The position numbers and the translations under genes were made by a program. The notes under the pieces are model-generated. The model did no database searches. It was not told the origin of the DNA and saw only the letters and a list, made by a program, of their open reading frames with translations. A stretch of DNA of 64,000 nt from Adineta vaga (taxonomy: Eukaryota > Animalia > Rotifera), in assembly GCA_021613535.1 (NCBI GenBank), contig CP075494.1, positions 13,950,001 through 14,014,000 on the forward strand, written 5' to 3'. This document shows positions 16,466-28,935 of this stretch, piece after piece; within the stretch, counting starts at the first letter, position 1; every line of letters begins with the position of its first letter.

Positions 16466-18668
16466 CTTTTAACTGTCAAGGAAATCTTTTTTCTTTTCAT
16501 CGAAGATTTCTTTCAAATAGTTTTCTAAATCAATGCATTGATGTAATTTGATCCTATAGAAAAAGAAAATGATTATTATCTTGTTGTCATTCTTTCGTGC
16601 GAGGATTTTTATCACGCATTGTAAATATAGAAGAACAGGAGATATGATTGAGCCAACTGCTGATCAATTCTTGAATTACTTGGCCTGTCTCTAATCAAAT
16701 TGAAGAAATACAATAAAAAGAAAAAGTGAAATTCTTTCTTTCTTTCTGTTGAGTAGATATTTCATTAACATGTGTTGATACCTATTGTGTTAATCAATAA
16801 ACTGTGATAGCTTGTCATTTGTTTAATCAATGGAACGGTCAACTTTCGTCGTTTTAATTATAAGAAGAAGAAGATAATTAGATATAGATTTCCGTTGTTC
16901 TCATCTTTCAAAAAGAACGGCGACCGACACTCCTACTTAGTGTTGTTTCTTATCTCGATATAATGAAGAGGAAGATAGTGACCGTCGCGACATCGCGGAA
17001 GCCCTAACAGGCAAAGAAGAAGAAAATATCTAATGTCCATGAACATTGTTCACACTCTTTTTTTTATAATTTGAATTTGTTGAAGAGAGAAATGAAATTA
17101 GTATGTGCGTATGTTTGGAGAAGCGAGAAGCGTCCTTGTCGCTTGTCTAGTCAAACTCGTGCTGGGATAAGACATGCTACAGAACAATACAGGCATTGAT
17201 GCTATGGTCACACTATCTTCTTTTTCTTGGCACTATTAATGAACCTAGCATGATTATATCTCGATGAATTGAGTAGTGCTTCTTCGGGTTTTTTTTGTCT
17301 TATATTATATATTTTTAATAACATCTTGGAAATACTAAGGTCAAAAACGATCGATAAACTCGTATTTACTATTAAAATGAGATAGAATATAATGGTGACT
17401 TATTAAATCTTGAATATGAATACGATAGTTTCTAACGTGATCGTCAATAATTGATGTGATAAACCAAATAAGTTTTGATTGAAAATATGGAGATAAGATG
17501 TGCATTTAATTCAACATGTGGAGAAGAGATAGAGAAATCTTAGATGTGACTTTTCGTCGACGTCGATCAAAATATATAATCGAAAATTTACATTATGAAT
17601 AGTGAACAAATGTTGCTTTTAACAATGCTCATTCATAGCAGAGTTTCAGGAATATAGTACAAGCATATACTGATTATTATGGGAAACTATAGATGGCAGG
17701 ACATAGAACGTTGTAAATATTCAAGATATATTCTTATAGGATAGTTTTGCTATTTGATAAAAATAATAATAAGTGACTTAAATGTATTATCTTTAATATA
17801 CAGATTCTATAAAATTTTGAACAAAATCTATTAGTTATTTTTATTCCGGTAATTAATTTCAAAGGTCAAAAATAATATTCATAAAAATGCATGGTTATAT
17901 TTTATCTGACACATGTACTAGATGATGAAATGCTATGAAGTGATTATTATTCATTGAGAATAAAGTACAAGGTCATTCTAGTACATAAAAGCTAACTGAC
18001 AGATGCTACCTTTACGCATAAAAATCGTACGAGACCAACGAAAAGTGTTTAGTTATTTTATATAAATTCATTGCAATTTGTTTTGATCAGGTAACATAAT
18101 TTTCTTTTATCGATCATATGATTCAAATGCACTTTGAAGAGTCCTGCATCGCTGAATTATACGTTTGAAAACATAATAAAACATGTATTTTGAAGAGTAG
18201 AGTATGATTGAGAAAATTTGCATCGTTATTTCATATTCTTAACATGAAATTTGAAACGAATATACTTTTATTGGTTATTAACTGTATATAGTTTTTCAAT
18301 ATACTTGCTCACATCTTAGGTAACATTCACTCGAGGGATGCACAGAAAATACGTAATTTTTTCTTGCCAGCTGTGTTGTTCTCAAACAGAAACATAAAAT
18401 AGAAAGTAAAAAAACTGATTTTTAACTTTTTTTCCTTTCCTTAAATTCGTAAGTCTATGATTGAAAGATAAAGAAAACTATTTTCCATCCCATACGATCA
18501 ACGTAAGACAAGATAGTCTAATAAAGATTGTTTTTATCCCGTTCTGTGCTGTTTTACTCCACATTTTGGCACTATAAGAACCATTTTTTTACTGTTCCAA
18601 AGAGAACAACATAGACAATGTGAAGGACATAGTTTTGTTTTTTTTCTTCTATCCAGATTTTATATATA
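16466..18668 (+). repeat. Direct segmental duplication, copy A (~2.2 kb, non-coding)
   Basis: Near-identical by eye to 29280-31382, and carries ~100 bp (about 16871-16971) that copy B lacks. Confidence 0.97.
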
Positions 18669-19712
18669 TGAGTGAGTTGCAACTTTTTGGTACGATTGAA
18701 TTTTAGCTGTATTTTTCCTATAATTTTTGGTCTCTTCGGCCGATTTAAACAATTTCTTTACAGGGTGGTAGACCCTAAGTGTCCTACTTCTACACAAAAT
18801 TTCAGTCCTCTATCTCATACTATAGATGACTTATGAAAGATACACTGCAAAAAAGATGTTATTTTTTGATGACATGTACCAAAAAAGAGAATAATTTGAC
18901 TATAAGAAATTAAGAAGAAATCAATACGAATATCATAGTTTGTTCACCGTTCAGCCCACTATTGAAACATGTTATTGGTTTAAGGAGACTTACACCCCCC
19001 CCCCCCCACGACCCTCAAGATGGCTGTTCTAGAGCTAATGGTTTTCAGACTATATGAAAAGAAAGAGAACTTTTCAAGTAACAAATTAGTGAAAATAAGT
19101 TTTTATTTATTAATTGTATTTCTGACCAAAAACAGCAGAACTTTTGAAAAAAAGATCGTTATAGTCACTTTGGAGAGCGATATTTTTCACTAAGAACTTG
19201 TAGAGAGACGCTTGTATACTCTCTATGTCTTTAAAAGGACATTCGATTCGGTTGAAATTTTTAGAGAAGATAGAAAACAAAAAGTTCTATGAGAGATAAA
19301 AATTTCAGTCCTTAATCATATACTGTTCAAGAGAAATTTATAATATACTGAAACATGTAGTAACAGTTTTTCGTGTAGTTTTGCCACTAAGAGTGGGTGA
19401 AAATGACTATTATTTTTCGTCACTGGAGACAGTTCATTGCGAAAAGCTATTTTAACTTGTTTGCGAACAAATACAAAGGAATATGACTACCTAAAGCTTT
19501 AGTAAATTACTACTAGTATCTTCAATGAGCAACGCTTTAAATGATGCATTTCTCTTGAATATCTCATATCTCCGCGAATATCTAATACAGTGTTGGGAAA
19601 TTTTTGCTGTATCACATAAGCATATAGTATAACAAAAAGCACTACTCAAAATCTATCTAAGGCTACTTTTATTTTTTTGTACCAATCGTACCAAAGAGTT
19701 GCAATTCACTCG
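18669..19712. mobile_element. Non-autonomous TIR DNA transposon (Tc1/mariner-like, TA flanks)
   Basis: ~30-bp TIRs tgagtgagttgcaactttttggtacgattg / caatcgtaccaaagagttgcaattcactcg, TA on both sides, no transposase ORF. Confidence 0.85.
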
Positions 19713-19764
19713 TATATATGACAAAAATATATTTATTAGACGATTGTCTTTTTTTTTCATTTAG

Positions 19765-20156
19765 TAAATGTTGCACTAAATATTCAAGCAATATATTCAT
19801 CTATCTTAACGACTAATCATTCAATATTTACAAGAACTATCCTTGATCGTTCAAATTCCTATTATTATGAAAGTATACAAATAACTGTGAGTAAAAGTGA
19901 CTATTATATTCTCACTGGTGACAATAGTATTGATCTGTATGGTGATCTATATAAAGATTATTTCGCGAAATTGAATCCTACGGAAAATCTCATTGTATGG
20001 TATGATAGATGTTGCAATAAAGATCAATTCAAATTCACACCTGAACTTAAAATGAATACAACATACATACTGATTGTAACAACATATAATTCATATGTAA
20101 CAGGTCTTTTCTCAATCACTATATTTGGTTCAAATAAGTTCAACTTCAACATATAG
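19765..20156 (+). pseudogene. Orphan exon encoding a PPC-like beta-sandwich domain of a rotifer-expanded family
   Basis: Acceptor tttcatttag, then an open frame YSSILTTNHS..YYYESIQITV..IDLYGDLY..QF..YILIVTTY..GLFSITIFG ending TAG at a GT donor. No partner exons seen. Domain assignment is from pattern memory. Confidence 0.55.
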
Positions 20157-20279
20157 GTAAATAACTAATTTGTAAATATCTTTCAAAGTTTGAGAAAAGA
20201 ATTAATATTTTATGCCTATAGTTATAATGAATAATGTTGAAATGAAGAAAACGAATTGTAAATTCTTTTAATGGCGCTA

Positions 20280-20454
20280 GGACAGAATGTCGCATGGACA
20301 AAACGTCGCAACTCATTTTAGGGTTTAGAACAAAGTGTCAGTGAACTCATAATACTATAAAGTATATATAGATGAGTGTGGATACTCTGTGCACCTTCAC
20401 CCACATGCGCGCTCACCCACACTTGCGACGTTTTGTCTGTGCGACATTCTGTCC
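20280..20454. mobile_element. MITE (~175-190 bp)
   Basis: 32-bp inverted repeats ggacagaatgtcgcatggacaaaacgtcgcaa (20280-20311) and ttgcgacgttttgtctgtgcgacattctgtcc (20423-20454). Confidence 0.8.
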
Positions 20455-20469
20455 GGTCACCTATCATTT

Positions 20470-21760
20470 ACCCCAAATTGTGGTTCCCAGATTCATCCCC
20501 AAATTTTATTCCCATATAGGGATATTAATCAAAAAATATTAAAACTGGTGACCAACTGGGGATTTTTATTTGGGAATTTTTTAACATATGATGCGTTATA
20601 GCGATTTCCAGGAAATTGTATGTGTTTTCTATAACAGACTAATTTCCGGAAATTGGATTTGTTCTCCATTATGGACATGCCATAATGAATCTGTTACGTA
20701 TGTCCCCAATTTCCCGAAAAGCACAATTCATTTGTTCAGAGAAAACCTGCTAACCCGTATCAGTTTTTATCATACACGATCATCTACTAGACTGAGGGTG
20801 CTTCGATACGTGATGGGGCTTTATGTCTGGCACCCAACTCAAATTTATTTCTCAAAAGAACTGTAACAACTTTCAGGACTTTCTTCTTAGTGACCGTATA
20901 GTATAGGACATATTATAGGCATATAGGGTGTATTAGGCATAAAAGATTAGCACTATGGTTGTGCCTAACAGGCTTTATATGCCCTATATGTCTAATATGC
21001 CTTATATGCCTACTCTCAGGTCTTGCTCCGGTATATGTGATGAAAATGAATCTCCTGGAAATCGCTATAACACATCAAATCAAAAAAGATCAAAACATAT
21101 GATTAAACAGATTTCATTAGGCACTACCTGTGTCTTCCTGACTCAGTTTCTAAATCATTTTGTGTGCTTGCATAATCTAACGACTATCGCAGTTCTGGTG
21201 GCCAGGTGTTGAGTTTGCATGCATTTTGTATTTGCTTAGAAATCTAGTGTTGTTTTGTGTCTCGCTGTAGTATATAGATTCTAAGATGAAACCGTTCAAT
21301 TTCTTTTGAAATATTTTTTTGAGAAGTCCAAGGTACTAATTGTCGAAAGTTCTGAGTTGATTTACTAAGATATTAATTAGCACTTTATGATCAATGTGGT
21401 GACCAGTTATAAATTTTTACTAACTAATAGCAATGTGAGTGTCTTTGATCATACCTTATACAGCGAGTTAGCTTGAGTACCATATCTATTGAAAAAATGT
21501 TTTGCTGAGGAACTCGTTACCAGACCAAAAAATTCAACCACAGCACGTTGTATATTTTGAACAATTTTCGAGAACTGATCATTAAACAGAATCCTTTTCA
21601 ACAAAACTGGTGACCAATTCTTTTTCTTTTTAAAAGATTCATTGACAGTGTCAAGTGTTATAAGAGAGCAACTAATCGCTGTTCGCTGAAAAAATTGAAA
21701 GTTCATAATCAGCTCCGATCGATTTTTAAAATCTGATCACCAGTTATTCGAGAAAAAGCC
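20470..21760. mobile_element. Degenerate DNA-transposon-derived region with sub-terminal-type repeats
   Basis: Recurrent (aa)ctggtgacca motif in both orientations, higher GC than the flanks, and an inverted array of taggcata-type units at ~20902-20945 / 20972-21012. Confidence 0.5.
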
Positions 21761-21773
21761 TCTCAGCAGCATA

Positions 21774-22195
21774 GATGTCATAATACCATTACGCCGGGTA
21801 TCGACAGCCAGCCGTCAATATACCCAACATTTAGACAGCGAACGTAAACTAGCATTCCTCCTACACATTACACCAAGGTGCACTGACTGCATTACTCCAT
21901 CAAAAAATAGATTCATGACAGAACTTGAGGGATATGAGTGGATTGGGGTAACGAGGTGCTTACACCAAATCCACTCATATCCCTCAACTTTCCTAGATAT
22001 AAATAGATATATGTGAAAGATGATCTCGTTACCCACAGTGTAACATGCTGTGATATAAGGAGTAATTACACGATGGGTATCGAGTTGTATTCTCTATAAT
22101 GGTTGGTGGTTATGTGGCTGTCGTTGCTCGAGGTAGAAGATGATACGTTAGCTGTGTTCGGAGGAGCATACCGGGTGTAATGGGATTATGACACC
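21774..22195. mobile_element. MITE (~420 bp) with internal hairpin
   Basis: ~28-bp imperfect TIRs gatgtcataataccattacgccgggtat / ataccgggtgtaatgggattatgacacc, plus internal cattac(a/t)cc repeats. Confidence 0.75.
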
Positions 22196-22199
22196 ACTC

Positions 22200-22386
22200 C
22201 GTGCACCATCAGTAATTGTTTGAAGATATTCATTTGATGGAAGAAAATCGTTTTCTATATTTGTTTCATCAATAAATGTAATTGCTCGAATAATTGATTG
22301 ATCATTTTCAAGTTCAATATCAACTTCTATCATTCGATAACCAGGTTCTGTTTTCAATAGATACTCTCGATGCTTATTACTATTAT
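22200..22386 (-). pseudogene. Gamma-glutamylcyclotransferase-like gene fragment truncated by the MITE
   Basis: EPGYRMIEVDIE...PSNEYLQTITDGA matches the GGCT-type C-terminal PSxxYLxxIxxGA motif, and the frame then runs into the MITE TIR. Confidence 0.6.
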
Positions 22387-24417
22387 AGTAGTTTAATCTT
22401 AAATATATATCTTATAAATGAAAATAAAGTATTTCTTATGATTGACAATCTTTACCTTTAAATTTTATTTGATTTATTCAAAAGATGTTAATACTTACGT
22501 TAAATAAGAAAATTACGATTTTATATTTTTGATGTATAAAAGAAGAATTTGTTTTTTCGAAATAAGTGCGTTCGACAATAGAAAAATACGTCTTTACATA
22601 TACAGTAGTAACAAAAATAGATATTAACAACTTTCGTAAATCAGCATAACGCAGAAAAAGAAAAAAAAGAATGTTAATAACATAAACAATCTACGAAAAA
22701 TCAGCAATCATTCTAAGTTATAGAACAAATATTTTTTGAAAACAAAATTATTTTCAAAATGTGATTATGTACAAAATCATATACAATGTATGATCCATTA
22801 TTCAATAAACATATATTCATTGTCGACATATATAATTCCATAAACTTCGTTTCATACAATAAAATACATCGAGTCGAATTTCTATTTTTAATTCAAAAAT
22901 AGGTCGGAGTTTTTCTTTTTTTCAATATAGAAACTTCATTCGAACATCTTCACGTATTTAACTGCAGGTGTGGATATTTCTCTTTTCTTTACAACCACAT
23001 TGTTATACTCATTGTAATTACCTACAGATGTCATGAAGATAATATCTTATTTTTCTATTAATTTCGAGTAAAACTGGATACGAAAATTCATTTATTAAAA
23101 TATTGATAGATTATATCTCTTCGATTAAAAATATGAGAATCATATTAAAATTCTTATATTTATTAGAATAACAAAAATTGATTCATTCAATAAAAATATC
23201 AAAGTTAACATTCTAATAAAATCCATCATATATTAAATATAATTTCATCAAAATAAATTTATATTGAAATTTGTGTTAATAATCAAAAACAGAATTTTTC
23301 ATAAATTTTATTTTGAATACAAATAGAAATTGTTAATTTAACTCGAAATCAGTTTGTTTTCCCTTGGATAAAAGATAAAATGCATCTCACATTAAATTTA
23401 AATGGATAATATACTGAACAGAAAAATTCGACACTAATGAATATTACAAATATCAACAGTAGTATTTTTCTAAAATTCTATTTAGCATAAATGAAGATAA
23501 GTGAAATAAACTTTTAGAAATGGTTTTACTATATATCATTCAACAATAATAAATAAATAATCAGATTCAATTACAATCCTTGTTAAATAATACATTACAA
23601 TTCTATTTTTATTCAAATTAGATTCACACATATCATTATATAGTATTACAAGTATATCAATTTGTCCACTGCCTTTAGTTGGACTTCATAAGTGTTATGT
23701 TGAAGAAACATGGATAGCATTTGCTAGTTCACCATTAGATATTTAATGTGAAGTTCATACAACACAAGATTGATGATCGAATAAATATTTGATCTTATTA
23801 AAAATATGAAAAAAAAACTTCATGCATTAAAGGTTCATTGTCGAAAAAGGGTGAGAATGTAAGGATGATCGATAAAAATCCGTATCATTTTTTTTTGTCG
23901 ATTGAATCTTTGAAAAAGGAGTTGATGGTATCTTGAATCTTCTGTACACTCACAATCCGCCTATTCATGTTCTTAAACATAAATTATATAAGTACTCATA
24001 CATGAGAGAATAAAGAGATAGAAGATTAGTCGCCGGTGAAGAGGTCACGTCAGTGAAAGAATTTCGACATTGTTGAAATAGACGATGATGAACAATTATC
24101 AAGCTAAATAACACCTCTATATATATCCATTCAACTCAACCATTCTTTCGTCACTTTATTTCTAGTCTTCATCAGTATACAGCGAAAAACAAAATACGTT
24201 TAGTATATTCTAGACAATATAACAAGGAAAATTCTTAATTAGAATATAGTAGTTATCAAATACAAATTTTTGATATGAAATTACAAAGTAAGTTCGACTT
24301 AATTTGACGTATTTATTAAATTAAATAATTTCTTTTTTTTAGAACTTATTGATACAGAAAAGTAATTAATAAAATAAATTCTTGAATTTTTATCTTTTTT
24401 CTTTATACCGTTTCTAG

Positions 24418-25435
24418 CTGTATTGAAAATTTATCAAAGGGAATCTTCTATCAAATATTTGATTATCTTGATGGTTATGATATTTATCATGCATTTTCAA
24501 ATCTTAATAATCTTTTTGAAAATCTTCTTAATGATCCTTCATTTCTTATGAAAATTCAAATTTCTTCTACATTTGAATTTGATTATCATTATAAACAATT
24601 TATTAATTTAAACAAACATCGTATTCTTTCATTTCATTTTAATAATGAATCAATTCAGAAGGAAATTATGAAACCACGTATTATTGAATCATTCGATCAT
24701 CTTGAATCAATAGTTTTTAATCCAATCTCAATATGGAAATTAGGTGTATTTTGTTTTTACTTAGAATCTTTACCTCATTTATCTTCATTAACTATTTATC
24801 TTAATGATTATCATGATGATCTTCGTGATATTTTTCATCTGCTTTTTTGTCTTCGTTTATTAAAATATCTCAAAATTAAACTATTGTCTTCTAATATATT
24901 TAATATAGACACACGAATGCCTTCAGATCAACCATTTTCTTTAATTAAATATTTGGTTATTAATGCCGCTTGTGCTCATAATGAACTTATGAATCTATTA
25001 TTTTATATTCCTAAACTTTCTCATTTATCTTGTGATCATTTAATCGAATCAAATAATGATATTAAATCCGAAACGGTGATAAATTTAAATGATTTAACAC
25101 ATTTAACTGTTGTTATTGCTCAAATAAATTTTAATGAGTTTGAAGAATTTTTATTGAAGCTATGTTCTCGATTACAAATTTTAAATGTTAAGATTCATTC
25201 TTCTGACAAAAATTATTTAAATTCTGACAAATGGGAGAAATTAATTTCACAAAAGATAACTTCATTAAATAAATTCTTCTTTTCTTATACTGATATTATT
25301 CATGGCAATTTTAATATTACTTCTCATCCATTACTCAATGATTTTACTTCATCATTTTGGATTAATCGAAAATGGATTTTCAAACTATTAGCTCATGATG
25401 ATGAACTGACGTATACAATACGTCCTAGTTCCTAA
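24418..25435 (+). CDS. F-box plus degenerate LRR protein, copy 1 (no clear start, possibly pseudogene)
   Basis: CIENLSKGIFYQIFDYLDGYDIYHAFSNLN F-box-like segment lies in frame upstream of ORF 24548-25435, followed by LxxLxL repeats and WEKLI..F..SFW motifs. Confidence 0.75.
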
Positions 25436-25980
25436 ACATTTTTCTGTTTTGTTATATTATCTTATTGTTGAATAAAGATTTTGTTACGATAAGTTTCTCA
25501 TTAAGATTGTTTCGATTTGTTTGAAAGATCGTTTAAATAATTCGCATATGATTATTAAGATGAAATGCTGATGAATATCGAGGATATTGATGAACAAAAA
25601 TTAAGACATCAATATTTAACGGGCAGTATATATCTAGCATTACAATTATGTGTTTTAATTTGTTATCATAATAGAGAGTTCATTGTGCAGCAGATATTTT
25701 ACATTAAAATAACGCGGTTCAATTTGATGACTTGCTTTCCATAGTATACTATCGATATATAGTATTTTTCCAAGGGAAAAAATAATAATGTAATTAATCT
25801 GCGAGTGAAAAAGAACGAATGATCAACATTAACAACTAACGAGAACTATCGAGCATTTTCTGAACTGTGAAAAAAAGGTATTTTATGGACTAATAGATAC
25901 GATAAGTAGAATTTTGATATGGTTAGAATAAAGAACGAAAGAATAGAATTTGTTTTTCCTATAGGAAATCAGTCATTTAT

Positions 25981-26997
25981 ATGGAAAATTTACCAGATGA
26001 AATCTTCTACGAGATATTTGATTATCTCGATGGTTATGATATATATCAAGCATTTTCAAATCTTAGTAATCGTTGTGAAAATCTTCTTAATGATCCTTCA
26101 TTTCTTATGAAAATTCAAATATCATTTTCAACAACCCTCGATTCACGTTATAAACATTTTCTTGATTCAAATAAACATCATATTATTTCACTTCATCTTT
26201 CTACTGAATCAATTTTCGCTGATTTCATTAATTTTTGCATCATTGATTCATCATTTCGTCGTCTTCAATCACTTATTTGTAAACCAATCTCCAGACTTAC
26301 ATTATTCAATTTTCTCCTCAATTTAAAATACTCACCTCAATTGTTCGCATTAACTATGCACTTTGTTTATTGTTTTGATGATCTTGGTGATATTTATCAA
26401 ATGATTTTTGGTTTGCCAGTATTGGAATATTTTAAATTGAAAATAGCAGAAGCTGAACAATTAGAGATCAACATACCAATTGATGCTAATAATTATTTTT
26501 CATCAACTAAATATTTGGTTATTGATCATTGTTGTACAATTAATCAACTTATTAATCTATTATTTTATATTCCTAAACTTTCTCATTTATCGTGTAGTTG
26601 TTTAATCGAATCAAATAATGATATTAAATCCGAAACGGTGATAAATTTAAATGATTTAACACATTTAACTGTTGTTATTGCTCAAATAAATTTTAATGAG
26701 TTTGAAGAATTTTTATTGAAGCTATGTTCTCGATTACAAATTTTAAATGTTAAGATTCATTCTTCTGACAAAAATTATTTAAATTCTGACAAATGGGAGA
26801 AATTAATTTCACAAAAGATAACTTCATTAAATAAATTCTTCTTTTCTTATACTGATATTATTCATGGCAATTTTAATATTACTTCTCATCCATTACTCAA
26901 TGATTTTACTTCATCATTTTGGATTAATCGAAAATGGATTTTCAAACTATTAGCTCATGATGATGAACTGACGTATACAATACGTCCTAGTTACTAA
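25981..26997 (+). CDS. F-box plus degenerate LRR protein, copy 2
   Basis: MENLPDEIFYEIFDYL F-box motif in a 338-aa ORF. An upstream in-frame exon at 25819-25877 carries two stops. Confidence 0.8.
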   Translation: MENLPDEIFYEIFDYLDGYDIYQAFSNLSNRCENLLNDPSFLMKIQISFSTTLDSRYKHFLDSNKHHIISLHLSTESIFADFINFCIIDSSFRRLQSLICKPISRLTLFNFLLNLKYSPQLFALTMHFVYCFDDLGDIYQMIFGLPVLEYFKLKIAEAEQLEINIPIDANNYFSSTKYLVIDHCCTINQLINLLFYIPKLSHLSCSCLIESNNDIKSETVINLNDLTHLTVVIAQINFNEFEEFLLKLCSRLQILNVKIHSSDKNYLNSDKWEKLISQKITSLNKFFFSYTDIIHGNFNITSHPLLNDFTSSFWINRKWIFKLLAHDDELTYTIRPSY

Positions 26998-27510
26998 AGA
27001 TTTCTTTTTTTTAAAGTTTTTTTTCAATTGTGATATTCTCTTATTATTTAATAAAAATTTGCTTAAATGTATTGTTATAAAATTGTTTCGAATTGTTTGA
27101 AAGATCGTTTAAATAATTCGCATATGATTATTAAGATGAAATGCTGATGAATATCGAAGATATTGATGAACAAAAATACGGAAGGAGCAATTTTTCAAGT
27201 TTTAGTTGATTTAATTTCATTAATAAATCAACAGACATGAAATAAAATCAAATGATAGAAATGTAGTTGTATTTAATTCTGTTGATTTATTAATTTTCAT
27301 ATAAATCCTATGTTAATTCATTAGAATCGATTTCCATAGTTTACCAAACGAGCGTGTTTTGCATCAGCAGATGTTTTTACTTGGATGAATTTTTCATCAA
27401 GAAGTTTCATAATAACAGGTGCAAAATAAATTAATTGCAACATGCAATTCAATTCGAAAATCTTCTATTTGGGAATATTTAGGTGAACATTTAGATTTTG
27501 TTAAAATTTA

Positions 27511-28030
27511 CAGGGTCGGAAAGAATATTATTCAAGGGAGATAACGGTATAATCCCGAATATGAGGTATGATGAATTTTATACCAAATGATAGCCCGTGA
27601 AAACGGGCTTTAATGATCCTAAATACGAGGGCTTTGGAAAACTTCTCATTCAACGTGGTTGTCAAACGTCGAAAACTGCAGGTTTCTATCTCGTTTTATA
27701 GGTAAAGTTACTCAAAAAACAGCTATATACACAGACTTCTTTGATAAACTATACACAAAAAACTCTGCGCTTTTTTCTACTTTTCTTCTGAGGTATTTGG
27801 TCTCCTCCATATGCGATGCTATACCGACATTCAGATTAGCACTTAGCCAGACAGAACAAATGAGCAATTGCACACTTTATCTTGAGCATTGTTTACTGAA
27901 CTTTTTCTCCTTTCAAATTTTTTGTTCTTGTCGATTTACTTTAGGCATGCACATGAAGATCTTGATTTTCTTTATCAAGAATTTGATACGATAATGACAC
28001 ATATTGAGACCTATTTCATTATATATCGGG
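27511..28030. mobile_element. Probable degenerate TIR-element remnants
   Basis: Composition shift and TA-CAGGGT / TA-CGAGGG terminus-like words. Matching partner ends were not found. Confidence 0.3.
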
Positions 28031-28510
28031 GTGCATCATAAAGAATTAGGCTACACAATTTCTAGCTCAAGCACCGACTCAAATGAACTTTAGAACTGAA
28101 AAATCGTTCATTTTGAACGAACTGAATTTTTCCATCAGTTCAGTTCGAATGAGCTGAGCTGTTAGATCAGTTCTTTTGAAGGAACCGATGAGTATCATCA
28201 AGTCCTATTTTTGAGAACACCTTTTGATCTTCATACGCTACACTGAGGGGACACCCCTTGGGTTCTCCTATGCAGTACTATCGGTTATACTATGGATGCT
28301 GATTAAGTATGTGTTCATAATAAAGTAGTTGCTTAATAGAATACAGTCAATAACGAAATGTGCCAATTTCAAACTGAAATCGGAATGTTATATGCGCTAC
28401 TACAATACAACAAATGAAACTAATGACGTATTGATTTTCATCAACTTATCCAAAAATATTCATCGTTGAGCGCACTAAAGAACCATCCCTTAGCCCCTGC
28501 GACTCACCCC

Positions 28511-28880
28511 TTTTTAATGCACTCATAAAGTAAGTACACTACTATAGACGATCACTCTGTCTGTCCGTCCGTCCGTCCGTTTACACGATAATTCTGGAAG
28601 GAAGCGTTCGATTGAGATGCAATTTTGTACACAGTTCAGTCTCATTTAGATCTCACTCGAGTGTGAACTTCGAAGATGAGCCTCTCCTGAGCTATTGTGA
28701 AAATACTAACTTCTTCCATAGGATTTCCGTGTGTATTCTCATACACTTTTTGCAGTATATATATCACTTAGATAAAATCCGACGTTTCCGCATCTATTTA
28801 TTTCATCATAGTCATTTGAAGACAGATGGCAATACCCCTATATGTTTTCTACTCGAACTATTATTCACGTACTATATAGT
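28511..28880 (+). mobile_element. DINE-1/Helentron-associated-like non-autonomous element
   Basis: Starts in a T-run and has a near-5' tctgtctgtccgtccgtccgtccgt microsatellite typical of DINE/HINE elements. 3' end uncertain. Confidence 0.5.
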
Positions 28881-28898
28881 ATGATATATATATATATA

Positions 28899-28935
28899 CT
28901 AGCTAAACCCATGCATATTGCACGACCGTTTTAAG
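28899..28935 (-). mobile_element. Helitron 3' terminus
   Basis: The - strand reads cgtgcaatatgcatg hairpin, short spacer, CTAG|T into a (TA)n tract. 5' TC end not located. Confidence 0.6.

Noticed and set aside
20389-22036. ORFs within the TE-rich region as possible transposases
   Set aside because: Short, with no DDE, HTH, RT or Rep/helicase motifs.
24140-24180. Hammerhead-ribozyme-like CTGATGA...CGAAA on the - strand
   Set aside because: Stem II pairs poorly, no stem I/III complement flanks the core, and no Penelope-like ORF is nearby.
22900-24200. Possible decayed coding sequence upstream of the F-box genes
   Set aside because: Frequent stops in the frames examined and no recognisable motif.
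25565-25600. CTGATGA plus small stem repeated after both F-box genes (also ~27145)
   Set aside because: Lacks the GAAA half of a hammerhead core and is explained by the tandem duplication, probably a decayed exon.
27592-27609. GAAA-tetraloop hairpin agcccgt-gaaa-acgggct
   Set aside because: Isolated 7-bp stem in TE-like DNA with no larger RNA structure.
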